A stretch of 64,000 nt of DNA. Source: Candidatus Omnitrophota bacterium. GTDB lineage: Bacteria > Omnitrophota > Gorgyraeia > 1-14-0-20-64-10. The notes beneath the pieces are model-generated. The model was not told where the DNA came from. It did no database searches and saw nothing but the letters and a program-made list of their open reading frames with translations. A program made the position numbers and the translations under genes. Positions 45,867-55,211 of the stretch are shown one piece after another. The stretch lies in contig JACOVG010000004.1 of the NCBI GenBank assembly GCA_016177405.1, positions 18,674-82,673 of the forward strand, given 5' to 3'. How positions within the stretch are numbered: the first letter of the stretch is position 1; the number at the start of each line of letters is the position of its first letter.

Positions 45867-47359
45867 GCGAGAGCCTCCACAACCGCTCCCGTCAGACCTT
45901 CGATCGTCCAGGATCCCTTGGGCAGATGAAAGCGTCCGATTCCCGCTTCCTTGAGGGCCTTGCCGGTGGCCGGGCCGATCGCCGCAACGGCCGTGCCGTT
46001 TAAGCCGCGCCGCAATGGAACGCGGGCCTTCCGCAGGGCCTGCACAAAGCCGCTCACCGTCGAGGCCGAGGTGAAGGTGAGGCAGTCGATCCGCGTGAGG
46101 GCCTGGCGGGTCTTGCCAGGCGGCGGGGAGGCGGCCCGAGTTTCGTACATCACCACCTCGTCCAGCCGAGCTCCCTGTTTGCGGAGCCCGCGGGCCAGCT
46201 CATCCCGTACCCCCAGGTTGGAGCGCGGAATCAGAATCCTCTTGCCCGCGAGGTTCATCCGGCCAAAAACCCGCCGCAATCCAGCGGTCGAGAAATCATC
46301 AGGAATCAAATCCACCCGAAGCCCTGCCTCCCGGGCCGAACGGGCGGTGCGCGGGCCGATGGCGCAGAGCTTGGCCTTGCCGGAGAGCTTCGCCAAGCGG
46401 GTCAGTGCCTCCACGCCGTGGTGGCTGGTGAAGATAATCCAATCGTAACCCGGCAATTCTCGAAGAAGCCTCTCACGCTCGGCCCTGGAAAATTTTCGGG
46501 CCCGGACCACCACCGTCGGCAAGGCCACGCATTCGGCCCCCAGATCGTGAAGCCGGCTTATAAACTCCCTCTGGTCCACCAGGGGCCGGGTCACCAGAAC
46601 CCTCTTACCCTGCAGGGGTTTCGCGCCAATCCTCCTCGCCTGCCGGACCACCTCCCCAATCACCGCCACTACCGGCGGCCCAAAATCAGGGCGCTTCCCA
46701 AGATCTCTCGCCGCCCCTCCCAAGGTGGTCACCAGGGTCTCCTGTTTCGCGGTCGTGGCCCAGCGGATCAAGGCAGCCGGCGTGGCGGCCGGGCGGCCCC
46801 CCTTCATCAGGCGGCGGGCGATCTCCGGGAGATTTTTTCTTCCCATCAGGATCACGATCGTGTCAACCGCCTTGGCCAGCGCCTCCCAGCGCGCCGCCGA
46901 TTTTTTTCCGGCAGCCCCCTGGCCTGTCACCACCGCCACAGAGGAAGAGAACCTCCGGTCGGTCAGCGGAATTCCGGCCGCGGCCGCCGCGGCCCAGGCC
47001 GAGCTCACCCCCGGGACAACCTCGCAGGGAATTCCCGCCTGGGAGAGAGCCTCAAGTTCCTCGGAGATCCGCCCAAAGAGGGTGGGGTCGCCTCCCTTCA
47101 AGCGGACGACCCTCCGGTGGCGGCGTCCCGCCTCCACCAAGATCCGGTTGATCGCGCTTTGGCTCTTGCCTTCCTCGTCCGATCCCTTGCCGGCGTAAAT
47201 CCTCCGGCATCCCTTCTTCGTCAGTCTCAAAAGCTCCGCCGCCGCCAGCCGGTCGTAGATGACGCAGTCGGCCTGGGCCAGAAGCCCGGCACCGCGCCGG
47301 GTGATCAGCCCCGGATCGCCCGGCCCGGCCCCGACGAGATAAACGGTTCCTGGGCTCAT
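45863..47359 (-). CDS. bifunctional uroporphyrinogen-III C-methyltransferase / uroporphyrinogen-III synthase (CobA-HemD fusion)
   Basis: N-terminal SUMT (VYLVGAGPGDPGLITRRG, SAM-binding) and C-terminal HemD-like domain. The ATG at 47359 overlaps the hemC stop as ATGA. The track ORF extension is Gly-rich low complexity. Confidence 0.85.
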   Translation of the reverse strand: MSPGTVYLVGAGPGDPGLITRRGAGLLAQADCVIYDRLAAAELLRLTKKGCRRIYAGKGSDEEGKSQSAINRILVEAGRRHRRVVRLKGGDPTLFGRISEELEALSQAGIPCEVVPGVSSAWAAAAAAGIPLTDRRFSSSVAVVTGQGAAGKKSAARWEALAKAVDTIVILMGRKNLPEIARRLMKGGRPAATPAALIRWATTAKQETLVTTLGGAARDLGKRPDFGPPVVAVIGEVVRQARRIGAKPLQGKRVLVTRPLVDQREFISRLHDLGAECVALPTVVVRARKFSRAERERLLRELPGYDWIIFTSHHGVEALTRLAKLSGKAKLCAIGPRTARSAREAGLRVDLIPDDFSTAGLRRVFGRMNLAGKRILIPRSNLGVRDELARGLRKQGARLDEVVMYETRAASPPPGKTRQALTRIDCLTFTSASTVSGFVQALRKARVPLRRGLNGTAVAAIGPATGKALKEAGIGRFHLPKGSWTIEGLTGAVVEALA

Positions 47360-48300
47360 GCCGCCCCCTTCTGGGCCCACAGCCCAAACAGCAGTCGGTC
47401 GGCCCCCGCCGCCCGCAGATGGCTGGCCAGCTCTTTTCCAAGCCGCTCGGCTTCTTGCTTTGATCCGGCAATCTCTTTTCGAATGGCCTTGAGCCCGTCC
47501 GGGGAAAGGACGATGCCGGTCATCGAGAGATTCCCGTCCCGGACCCGGGCCAACCCCCCCACCGGAACCGAGCAACCGCCCCCCAGCGCCTCCAAAAAGG
47601 CCCGCTCGGCTTTTACCTCCCAATGGGAATCCGGATCGTCCAACACCTTAATAAGCTCTCCAATCTCTTTGCGCTCTTCATGGATCTCCACCCCCAAGGC
47701 CCCCTGCCCAGGGCACGGGAGCATGAAGGAGGGGTCCAGATATTCGCTCACCCGGTGGGCCAAGCCCAGCCGGATCAATCCGCAGGCGGCCAGGATCAGG
47801 GCGCCGTATTCACCGCTGTCGAGCTTTCTTAAGCGCGTGTCCACGTTGCCCCGAATCGCCGCGGCATTTAAATCCCGCCGGGCCCTCTTCAGCTGGGCCT
47901 GCCTCCTTAAGGAGCTGGCTCCCACCGCCGCCCCCTGGGGAAGGTTTTTCAGGGTCATCCCATCGCCGGCCACCAGCGCGTCGCGCGGGTCTTCCCTTTT
48001 TAAGACCGCCGCAATGGCAAGCCCCCGCGGCAGGCCGGCCTGCAGATCCTTGACCGAGTGGACCGCCAGGTCAATCTTTCCTAAAAGCAGAGCCTCTTCG
48101 ATCTCCTTGACGAAGAGCCCTTTAAGCGGCACAGTCCCCCTTGCCTCGCTCCCTCCAGCCGTGAAATCATCCCCGGTCGTTTTGATTACGACCAGCTCGC
48201 AGCGCAGGCCGGGTTGGGCCTTTTCCAGCGCCCCCCTGACCAGATGGGCCTGGGCCAGGGCGAGCTTGGAGCCGCGCGTGCCGATCGTAAGAGAAGTCAA
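47356..48300 (-). CDS. hemC: hydroxymethylbilane synthase (porphobilinogen deaminase)
   Basis: The LTIGTRGSKLALAQA N-terminus and dipyrromethane cofactor Cys region. 314 aa. Confidence 0.9.
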   Translation of the reverse strand: MTSLTIGTRGSKLALAQAHLVRGALEKAQPGLRCELVVIKTTGDDFTAGGSEARGTVPLKGLFVKEIEEALLLGKIDLAVHSVKDLQAGLPRGLAIAAVLKREDPRDALVAGDGMTLKNLPQGAAVGASSLRRQAQLKRARRDLNAAAIRGNVDTRLRKLDSGEYGALILAACGLIRLGLAHRVSEYLDPSFMLPCPGQGALGVEIHEERKEIGELIKVLDDPDSHWEVKAERAFLEALGGGCSVPVGGLARVRDGNLSMTGIVLSPDGLKAIRKEIAGSKQEAERLGKELASHLRAAGADRLLFGLWAQKGAA

Positions 48301-48716
48301 CCCTGTACCTCCTCCAGCGGTTCTTCCTGGACGTGGCCGTCGTTAATCTTGAAGGCCCGCGCCTGGGGCCGCCCCTTTTCCTTCAGGGTCACCAGCACGT
48401 AATGGCCGCCGAAAAAATCCTGCACGGCGGTGGCCCGCTCGACGTCCCGCGGGGAGGGGTACGCCTCGGTCGCCACGTGCGAGTGGTAGACCGCCAGATG
48501 AGACATCCCCTCGCGCCGAATCTCCTTCTGCGCCGAGAGCTGTTCACCCGGGTTCATCTCATACCAGGTGGGGCTGGCGGCGTCGTTGGTGATGGGATAA
48601 ACCGCCGAGGCGAACTCCCCCTGGCCGGCCAGATACCCGCAGGCCTCGTTCGGATACTCCCGCCGGCAATGTTCCACCATTTTCTCCATCGCAGCGGCCG
48701 CCACTTTAAGCATCAC
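48297..48716 (-). CDS. Mov34/MPN/JAMM-family metalloprotein (Mec+-like)
   Basis: JAMM motif HSHVATEAYPSPRD (HxHx7Sx2D) plus upstream E (EACGYLAG). 139 aa. Confidence 0.75.
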   Translation of the reverse strand: MMLKVAAAAMEKMVEHCRREYPNEACGYLAGQGEFASAVYPITNDAASPTWYEMNPGEQLSAQKEIRREGMSHLAVYHSHVATEAYPSPRDVERATAVQDFFGGHYVLVTLKEKGRPQARAFKINDGHVQEEPLEEVQG

Positions 48717-49465
48717 GCGCTGCCCCAGCGGGCCCGCACCTGGCTGCCGATCAACCGGTTGAACACCAGCCCATCCACCACCATGCCGATCCCCGCGATG
48801 ATCACCATGTAGGCCAAGAGCTCCTCGACCCGGCGCTGTTTGGCCGCCTCGCTGATGAGCTGTCCCATCCCCCGGATCGAGCCGATCAGGAGCTCCCCGG
48901 CCATCAGCGCCCTCCAGCCAAAGGCCCAGGCCAGGCGCAGGCCGTCTATGATCCTAGGAATCGCCGCGGGCACAATCACGTGCCAGAAGATCTTGGTGCC
49001 GCTGGCCCCCATGGTCCTGGCCGCTCGCAGGATAAGCGGCGGAACATCCCGCACCCCGAAGCTGGTGTTGACCACCACGATGCCGGTCGCTCCCAGCAGG
49101 ATCGTGAAGATGACCGCCCCTTCGTTCAGGCCAAACAGAAGCACCGCCAGGGGAACCCATGCCGCCCCCGGCATCGCGTTGAGCGCGGAAACCAGTGTTC
49201 CCAAGAGGTCGTCGAGCCATCGAAAACGGCCCAGGAGCAGGCCTGAGCCAATCCCCACCAGGCACACGGCCAGATACCCCATCGCCATCCGCTTTAAAGA
49301 GCCCGCCAGCGCGATCAGAAAGGAAGGATCGGCGAAGTCCCTCGCCGCCAGCTTCAGGATTCCAACGAAAGAGGGCACGCCGGCAAAAATCCAAGAGGCC
49401 AGCTCCCAGAGGGCCAGCAGAAAAAGCCAGGGCGCCAGGGCGCGCCAAATCCGTTTTTTCTTCAC
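48713..49465 (-). CDS. ABC transporter permease (NitT/TauT family)
   Basis: Six TM helices with an EAA-like loop. GTG at 49465 overlaps the ATPase stop as GTGA, giving 250 aa. The 336-aa track ORF has a non-membrane low-complexity extension. Confidence 0.8.
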   Translation of the reverse strand: MKKKRIWRALAPWLFLLALWELASWIFAGVPSFVGILKLAARDFADPSFLIALAGSLKRMAMGYLAVCLVGIGSGLLLGRFRWLDDLLGTLVSALNAMPGAAWVPLAVLLFGLNEGAVIFTILLGATGIVVVNTSFGVRDVPPLILRAARTMGASGTKIFWHVIVPAAIPRIIDGLRLAWAFGWRALMAGELLIGSIRGMGQLISEAAKQRRVEELLAYMVIIAGIGMVVDGLVFNRLIGSQVRARWGSA

Positions 49466-50259
49466 TCCATCCTCTCCACCAGGTAATCGAGGTCTTCGTC
49501 CTTCACCACCTTGGCGATCTCCTCCTTCAGGCCCAGCAGGATTCTCTGCTGAATCACAATGAGGTGCGGATCCGATTCCCTCCGCGGCCGGGGCAAATGG
49601 ATCTGAAAACCGCCCTTGATCCTGCCGGGGCGAGCCGACATCTCCAGCACCTTGTCCCCCAAAACCGTCGCCTCCCGCACGTTGTGGGTCACAAAGAAAA
49701 TCGTCTTGTGGGTTGTCTGCCAAATCTCCAGGAGCTCTTCGTGCAGAAGGCGCCGGGTCTGGGCGTCGAGCGCCCCGAAGGGCTCATCCATGAGGAGGAT
49801 CTTGGGGTCCATCGCCAGGGCTCGGGCGATCGCCACCCTTTGCTTCATCCCGCCGGAGAGCTGGTGGGGATAGGCGTCGGCGAAGCGGCTTAGGTGAACC
49901 ATCTTGAGATACTGGGCCGATTTCTGCCGGCGCTGCGCCTCGCCAATCCCCAGCATCTTCAGGCCGAACTCCACGTTGCGCCGCACGGTCAGCCACGGAA
50001 AAAGGGCCGGTTCCTGGAAAACGACCACCCGGTCCCTTCCCGGGCCGGTGACCGGCGAGCCGTCAATCAACAGCCTGCCCGAGGTGGGACGCTCCAGCCC
50101 GGCGATCAGGTGGATCAGGGTGGACTTGCCGCAGCCGGAGGGCCCCACCAGGCAGACGAACTCCCCCTTCTCGATCGTGAAGTTCAGCTCCTCCAGGACC
50201 GCGATCGAGCCGCCGTTGCCGGGAAAACTCTTGGAGACCTTCTCAAGGACGACCTGCAT
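49462..50259 (-). CDS. ABC transporter ATP-binding protein (NitT/TauT family)
   Basis: Walker A GPSGCGKST, signature LSGGMKQR, Walker B LLMDEP, and H-loop. Confidence 0.88.
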   Translation of the reverse strand: MQVVLEKVSKSFPGNGGSIAVLEELNFTIEKGEFVCLVGPSGCGKSTLIHLIAGLERPTSGRLLIDGSPVTGPGRDRVVVFQEPALFPWLTVRRNVEFGLKMLGIGEAQRRQKSAQYLKMVHLSRFADAYPHQLSGGMKQRVAIARALAMDPKILLMDEPFGALDAQTRRLLHEELLEIWQTTHKTIFFVTHNVREATVLGDKVLEMSARPGRIKGGFQIHLPRPRRESDPHLIVIQQRILLGLKEEIAKVVKDEDLDYLVERME

Positions 50260-51406
50260 ACGCCTCCCTCAAGACTCCGGCGATCTCCGGCCGGGTGAAT
50301 TCCGGCGGAGGGGCCTTGCCCTCGGAGAGCATCTGCCGGACCGCCGTTCCGCTTAAAGAAACCCGCTCGGTGGCCACATGGGGGCAGGTCTTGACGGTGG
50401 CCATTCCCTGGCAGACCCTGCAGAAGAAGGCGTTGTCGAAGCAAAGGGGTATCACCCGAAGCTCCTCCGGGCCGAAGCGCTCGAAGATCCGCTGGGCGTC
50501 AAACGGGCCGTAGAACTTGCCCACCCCGGCGTGATCGCGGCCCACGATAAAGTGGGAGCAGCCGTAATTCTGCCGGATGATCGCGTGGAAGACCGCCTCC
50601 CGGGGGCCGGCGTACCGCATCGAGGCCGGGTTGACCACCAGCAGAACCCGGTCGCCCGGGAGATACCCCTCCATCAGCGCCTGGTAGCAGCGCATCCGAA
50701 GCTCCGGCGGCAGGTCGTCCCCCTTGGTCTTGCCCACCAGGGGATGAATCATCAGCCCGTCCGAAAGCTCCAGGGCGCAGCGCAGAAGATACTCGTGCGC
50801 CCGGTGAATCGGGTTGCGGGTCTGGAAGCCCACCACCCGCCGCCAGCCCCTCTTGCGGAACTCCTGCCGGGTCTGGGCGGGGCTCAAGCGGTTCTCCGAG
50901 AAATCGTCGTGCTCCGGCAGGTTCAGCACCGAAACCCTCCCGCCCAGATAGAGGCTGCCCTGACCCATCACCTTGGCCACCCCGGGGTGCGAGCCGTCGG
51001 TCGTCCCGTAAACCAGCTTGGACTCCACCAGCTTGTTGTAAGGAAAAAGCTCCGGGGCGTGGAGGATGGCGACCGTTTGACCGCTCTCGGTGACCAGGGA
51101 AAAATCCAGGCCCTCCCGCCACCGGTCCGCCTCCTCCTCGTTGACCGACAGGGTGACTGGGATGGGCCAGACTGTCCCGTCGGCCAGCCGCAGTCTATCC
51201 ACCACCGAGTCGTAGTCGGCCTGCCCCATGAAGCCCGAAAGGGGCGAGACCGCTCCGATCGCCATCATCTCCACGTCGGAGACCTCCCACTCATCCAGGA
51301 CAATCCTGGGGAGGTTCTTCGCCTTGTGTAGCAGGGAATCCCTTTCGTGCCCCTGGACGAGGCACTCCACCAGCCGCCCTCCGTGCGGAGCGATGAGCTC
51401 GGCCAC
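50243..51406 (-). CDS. sat: sulfate adenylyltransferase (ATP sulfurylase)
   Basis: QTRNPIHRAHE and GRDHAG motifs, and the homo-oligomeric Sat fold length of 387 aa. Confidence 0.9.
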   Translation of the reverse strand: MAELIAPHGGRLVECLVQGHERDSLLHKAKNLPRIVLDEWEVSDVEMMAIGAVSPLSGFMGQADYDSVVDRLRLADGTVWPIPVTLSVNEEEADRWREGLDFSLVTESGQTVAILHAPELFPYNKLVESKLVYGTTDGSHPGVAKVMGQGSLYLGGRVSVLNLPEHDDFSENRLSPAQTRQEFRKRGWRRVVGFQTRNPIHRAHEYLLRCALELSDGLMIHPLVGKTKGDDLPPELRMRCYQALMEGYLPGDRVLLVVNPASMRYAGPREAVFHAIIRQNYGCSHFIVGRDHAGVGKFYGPFDAQRIFERFGPEELRVIPLCFDNAFFCRVCQGMATVKTCPHVATERVSLSGTAVRQMLSEGKAPPPEFTRPEIAGVLREAYAGRP

Positions 51407-51835
51407 TTACTCCTTCCCTTCCAGGTGCCCGGCCAGCGCGGCCGAGGTCTTGGAGCCGATCACGCCGTCGGGCGTCAGGCCGTTGGCCCGCTGAAAGGCC
51501 TTGACCGCCTGCTTGGTCTTGGGGCCCAGCTTTCCGTCAACGGACCCCTCGTAGAAACCGGCGGCTTTGAGCGCCATCTGAACCTGCCGCGGAGAGAGGG
51601 CCTCTTTCCTGGCCGGCTTCGCTGGGGCCTGCGCCTTCTGGTCTGCCTGCGCGACCGTCAACTGCGCCTCAATCTCCGCCAGTTTCTGGTCCAGCTCCCC
51701 CACCCTCGTTTCCAGGGCAGCCACCTGTTGGTTTAACGCCTCGTTTTGCTTGGAGCGGCTGCCGGTCATCGTGGCGCATCCGGAAACCAGCAGGGCCGTA
51801 AGGGCGGCACCGCTTGCAAGTTGAATTCGTTTCAT
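51407..51835 (-). CDS. lipoprotein with C-terminal peptidoglycan-binding domain
   Basis: The ATG at 51835 has AAGGAG upstream. It has a lipobox LLVSGC, a coiled-coil middle, and a PG_binding_1-like C-terminus (VKAFQRANGLTPDGVIG). Confidence 0.62.
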   Translation of the reverse strand: MKRIQLASGAALTALLVSGCATMTGSRSKQNEALNQQVAALETRVGELDQKLAEIEAQLTVAQADQKAQAPAKPARKEALSPRQVQMALKAAGFYEGSVDGKLGPKTKQAVKAFQRANGLTPDGVIGSKTSAALAGHLEGKE

Positions 51836-51861
51836 CGCTCGACTCCTTGGCTTAAGTTGGA

Positions 51862-52593
51862 TTAATGTTTCGGTTTGACGTGGAGCCCGCATTCCTTCTG
51901 TTCCGGAAGCTCCCACCACCAGCGGCCGGCCCGGATGTCCTCGCCGGGCTTCACCGCCCGGGTGCAGGGGGCGCAGCCGATCGAAGGAAAGTTCTGATCG
52001 TGGAGCTTGTTGTAGGGGATCTGGTTCTTCTTGATGGTGTCCCAAACCTGCTGGGTCGTCCAATCGGCGATCGGGTTCACCTTCACCATGTTCTGATGGG
52101 CGGTGTCCACCTCCACCTTGGGCAGCCCCCCGCGGGTCACCGCCTGCTCCCGCCTTAGTCCCGTGATCCAGGCGTCCAACTCGGCCAGCGCTCTGGTGAG
52201 CGGCTCCACCTTCCGGATGCCGCAGCACTCCTTGCGGTTGGCGATCGATTCCCGGAAGGAGTAAAAGCCCTTTTCCCGCTCCAGCTTCTCGACCGCCGCC
52301 TTGTCCGGGAAGTAGCTCTTGATCGAAACGCCGTACTTTTCCCGGATCCGGTCCATCACCTCGTAGGTCTCCTCGTGAAGGCGCCCGGTGTCCAGGGTGA
52401 AGATCGTGATCTTGGGGTTCACCTTCACCAGAAGATCGATCACCACCACGTCCTCGGCCCCGAAGCTGGAGGCAAACCCCAGCTTAGGATGAAAATTCTC
52501 CGCCGCCCACCTTAAGACCGCGGCGGCATCCTTGGTTTCCAATTCCTTGGCCGCTTCAGCCACGCTGGCTTTGTCCCAACCTAAAGTTGTCAT
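51862..52593 (-). CDS. cysH: adenylylsulfate (APS) reductase, thioredoxin-dependent, Fe-S type (CysH)
   Basis: PAPS-reductase fold with the Cys pairs of plant/bacterial APS reductases (ECCGIRK; SIGCAPCT) and C-terminal KECGLH. Confidence 0.85.
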   Translation of the reverse strand: MTTLGWDKASVAEAAKELETKDAAAVLRWAAENFHPKLGFASSFGAEDVVVIDLLVKVNPKITIFTLDTGRLHEETYEVMDRIREKYGVSIKSYFPDKAAVEKLEREKGFYSFRESIANRKECCGIRKVEPLTRALAELDAWITGLRREQAVTRGGLPKVEVDTAHQNMVKVNPIADWTTQQVWDTIKKNQIPYNKLHDQNFPSIGCAPCTRAVKPGEDIRAGRWWWELPEQKECGLHVKPKH

Positions 52594-52624
52594 TTCCTGT
52601 TGAAATCCTCCTTGGATTTGAATA

Positions 52625-52649
52625 ATTCTTGACTATTTTAGTCAAGAAT
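52625..52649. promoter_or_regulatory. perfect 10-bp inverted repeat ATTCTTGACT-N5-AGTCAAGAAT upstream of cysH
   Basis: An AT-rich palindrome in the 103-bp gap between the rarA stop and the cysH start, 30 nt upstream of the cysH RBS AAGGAGG. It is a candidate operator or weak terminator. Confidence 0.4.
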
Positions 52650-52696
52650 ACTGGATAAATTTTACATATTCCCTCTAACCTCTGTCAACACAAATT

Positions 52697-54034
52697 TCAC
52701 TGGCGGAGTTTGTCCAGCCGTTCTTTAATCTGCTGTTCGAAGCCTTGGGTCGTGGGTTCGTAGTAGCGGCGCTTCTTGGGCAGGTAATCCTGCTGGACGT
52801 GGCCGCCGGGAAAATTGTGGGCGTATTGGTACCCCTCGCCGTGGCCCAGGCGCTTGGCGCCGGGGTAGTTGGCGTCCTTCAAATGGGTGGGAACCTCCAG
52901 GGTGGTTCCCTTTTCGACATCCGCGGCGGCCTTCACGAGGGCCATGTAGGCGGCGTTCGACTTGGGGGCGCAGGCGACATAGATGGTCGCCTGGGCCAAG
53001 GGGATCCGGCACTCCGGCAGACCCACAAACTCCACCGCCTGCTGGGCCGCCGTGGCCACCACGAGGGCCTGCGGGTCAGCGTTGCCGACATCCTCGGCCG
53101 CGCAGATCATGAGGCGCCTCGCGATGAAGCGGGGGTCCTCGCCGGCGTAGAGCATCTTGGCCAGCCAATAGATGGCCGCGTCCGGGTCGGTACCGCGCAT
53201 CGACTTGATAAAGGCTGAAATCGTGTCGTAGTGGGCATCCTCATCCCGGTCGTAGACGACCGCCTTTTTCTGGACCGCCTCCTCGGCCACTGCCCGCGTG
53301 ATGACGACGGTTCCATCCTTGGCCGGCGGGGTGGACAGGGCCGCCAACTCCAGGCCGTTTATGGCCCGCCGGGCGTCCCCGTCGGAAATTTCGGCGAAAA
53401 AATCCAGGGCTTCATCGGCAAGCTTGAGCTTCATCTTGCCAAGGCCGCGCTCGGCGTCCGAGGCGGCCCGCTTCAAAAGGGTCTTTAAATCCTCCTTGGA
53501 GAGGGGCTTGAATTCCGCCACGAGCGACCTGGAAAGAAGGGGCGAGACGAGGGAAAAGAAGGGGTTGTGGGTCGTGGCCCCGATTAAGATCACCGTGCCG
53601 TCTTCCACCTCCGGCATCAGGACGTCCTGCTGGGCCTTGTTGAACCGGTGGATCTCGTCGATGAAAAGGACTGTCCGCCGGCCCTGGCTCAAGCGCAGCT
53701 TGGCCGCCTCGATCGCCCGGCGCAGATCCTCCACGCCGGCGGCCACGGCGTTGATCCGCTCCACGTGGGCTTGTGTCTTCGCGGCCGCCAGGTGCCCAAA
53801 GGCGCTCTTGCCGCAGCCCGGCGGCCCATACAGGATGACGCTCGTCAGGCGGTCGGCCTCGAGGGCGCGGGTCAACAGCTTGCCGGGGCCCACCAGGTGC
53901 GGCTGGCCCACAAACTCGGAAAGCTCCCTCGGCCGCATCCGGGCCGCCAGCGGGGCGGCGGAGGGAGGGTCTTTTTCGCGGCCGGCCCAGAAGAGGTCCC
54001 CGGTGGCGGGGGCCCGGGTTGATTTTCGCTTCAA
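52697..54034 (-). CDS. rarA: replication-associated recombination protein A (AAA+ ATPase)
   Basis: Walker A GPPGCGKS, Walker B LFIDEIHRFNKAQQD, and the MgsA C-terminal domain. Confidence 0.9.
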   Translation of the reverse strand: MKRKSTRAPATGDLFWAGREKDPPSAAPLAARMRPRELSEFVGQPHLVGPGKLLTRALEADRLTSVILYGPPGCGKSAFGHLAAAKTQAHVERINAVAAGVEDLRRAIEAAKLRLSQGRRTVLFIDEIHRFNKAQQDVLMPEVEDGTVILIGATTHNPFFSLVSPLLSRSLVAEFKPLSKEDLKTLLKRAASDAERGLGKMKLKLADEALDFFAEISDGDARRAINGLELAALSTPPAKDGTVVITRAVAEEAVQKKAVVYDRDEDAHYDTISAFIKSMRGTDPDAAIYWLAKMLYAGEDPRFIARRLMICAAEDVGNADPQALVVATAAQQAVEFVGLPECRIPLAQATIYVACAPKSNAAYMALVKAAADVEKGTTLEVPTHLKDANYPGAKRLGHGEGYQYAHNFPGGHVQQDYLPKKRRYYEPTTQGFEQQIKERLDKLRQ

Positions 54035-54395
54035 GAGGCTTCCTCAAAAATTAAAGGGCCGGATCCCTTTACCTTAAACCCAACTCCAGCTTGTCCACTT
54101 CACAAGCCAGGGATCCGGCCCCGCTGAAAACCCCGCGAATGCCGTGTGGCGAGCGCATTCGTGAACCGTGAGTTCACTACCTTGGGAACTTGATCGGGGG
54201 TTTCTTGCTTCCCTGATTCGCCAACGAACTCTCGCGAGCCGGGCCTGCGTTCCACCGCCGAATTCAAGCTCCCTGTGATTCTGGTGTTGGTTCAGAATCG
54301 TCTCTGGCCAAACACGCGCACCGCAGGGACATTTTCCTTATACCTCCGCGCCATCGCGATGGCAAGGAAAAAAGGAGGGGTGCGAAATTCACCTG

Positions 54396-55211
54396 CTAGG
54401 CTCTAAAGTGAGCCGCAAGAAAAACAGCAAGAAGAACTACGCCGAAGGCGCAGACCACCGCGGCGCCGGTTGGGAGATCCCAAAAATAGGAGGCCGCAAT
54501 CCCCAGGATGCTGGTCAGCGCCCCGATGGCCCAGCCGATGGCGAGCCGCTGGGCGATGGATCTGCCCAGTAGAACCCCGCAGACCGCCGGGACGATGAGG
54601 TAGCTGAAAACCAGAAGCACCCCGGCCATCTCCACCGAGCTCGTCACCACGAACCCAAAGGTCGCGTAGAAGAAGAGGTCCCACAGACGAACCGGCATCC
54701 CCCGGGCGAAGGCCTCCTGGGGTTTTTGCGAGATGAACAAGAGGGGCCGCCTGGCCAGCCAGTGGAGCGCTCCGATGGCGCCGTAAATGGCGGCCACCTT
54801 GCCCACCTCGGACCAGCGGGCCAGCAGGAGGTGGCCCACCAGCAGAGACTTCAGCTCCTCGCCTCCTTCCGCGGCGCGGTTTAAAACAAGAATCGCCGCC
54901 GCCGCGGCGACCGCGTAAACGACCCCGATGATCGCCTCATGAGGAACCTTTTCCTCCCGGAATCGTGTGAGCGAAAAAATCACGGCCCCCAGGAAGGTGA
55001 AGCCTAAGGCGAACAGGTAATTCGCGCTGTGGTGGAGCCCGAACCCGAAAAGGAACCCCACGGTGGACCCGAGCGCCGCGATCTGGGCGAGGGCCAGGTC
55101 GACAAAGATCACCTGCCGCTCAATGACGTGCAGCCCCAGGTAAGCGTGGATGCCGGTCAACACCAGGCAGGCGGCAAAGGGGGCCGCCATCAGATGGAAA
55201 AATTCCGTCAT
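54396..55211 (-). CDS. znuB: metal ABC transporter permease (ABC-3, ZnuB/MntB-like)
   Basis: ABC-3 family TM pattern and N-terminus. 271 aa. Confidence 0.85.
   Translation of the reverse strand: MTEFFHLMAAPFAACLVLTGIHAYLGLHVIERQVIFVDLALAQIAALGSTVGFLFGFGLHHSANYLFALGFTFLGAVIFSLTRFREEKVPHEAIIGVVYAVAAAAAILVLNRAAEGGEELKSLLVGHLLLARWSEVGKVAAIYGAIGALHWLARRPLLFISQKPQEAFARGMPVRLWDLFFYATFGFVVTSSVEMAGVLLVFSYLIVPAVCGVLLGRSIAQRLAIGWAIGALTSILGIAASYFWDLPTGAAVVCAFGVVLLAVFLAAHFRA

Noticed and set aside
54035-54395. tmRNA, RNase P RNA, SRP RNA or 6S RNA in the hairpin-rich 360-nt gap
   Set aside because: None of the conserved blocks I remember is present (tmRNA tag-reading frame and GGGGCUGAUUCUGGAUUCGACGGG-like 5' end, RNase P AGGAAAGUCCGGGCUCC, SRP GGUGCUGUUUACCAGGUCAGGUCCGGAAGGAAGCAGCC). 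The region is left as unassigned structure.
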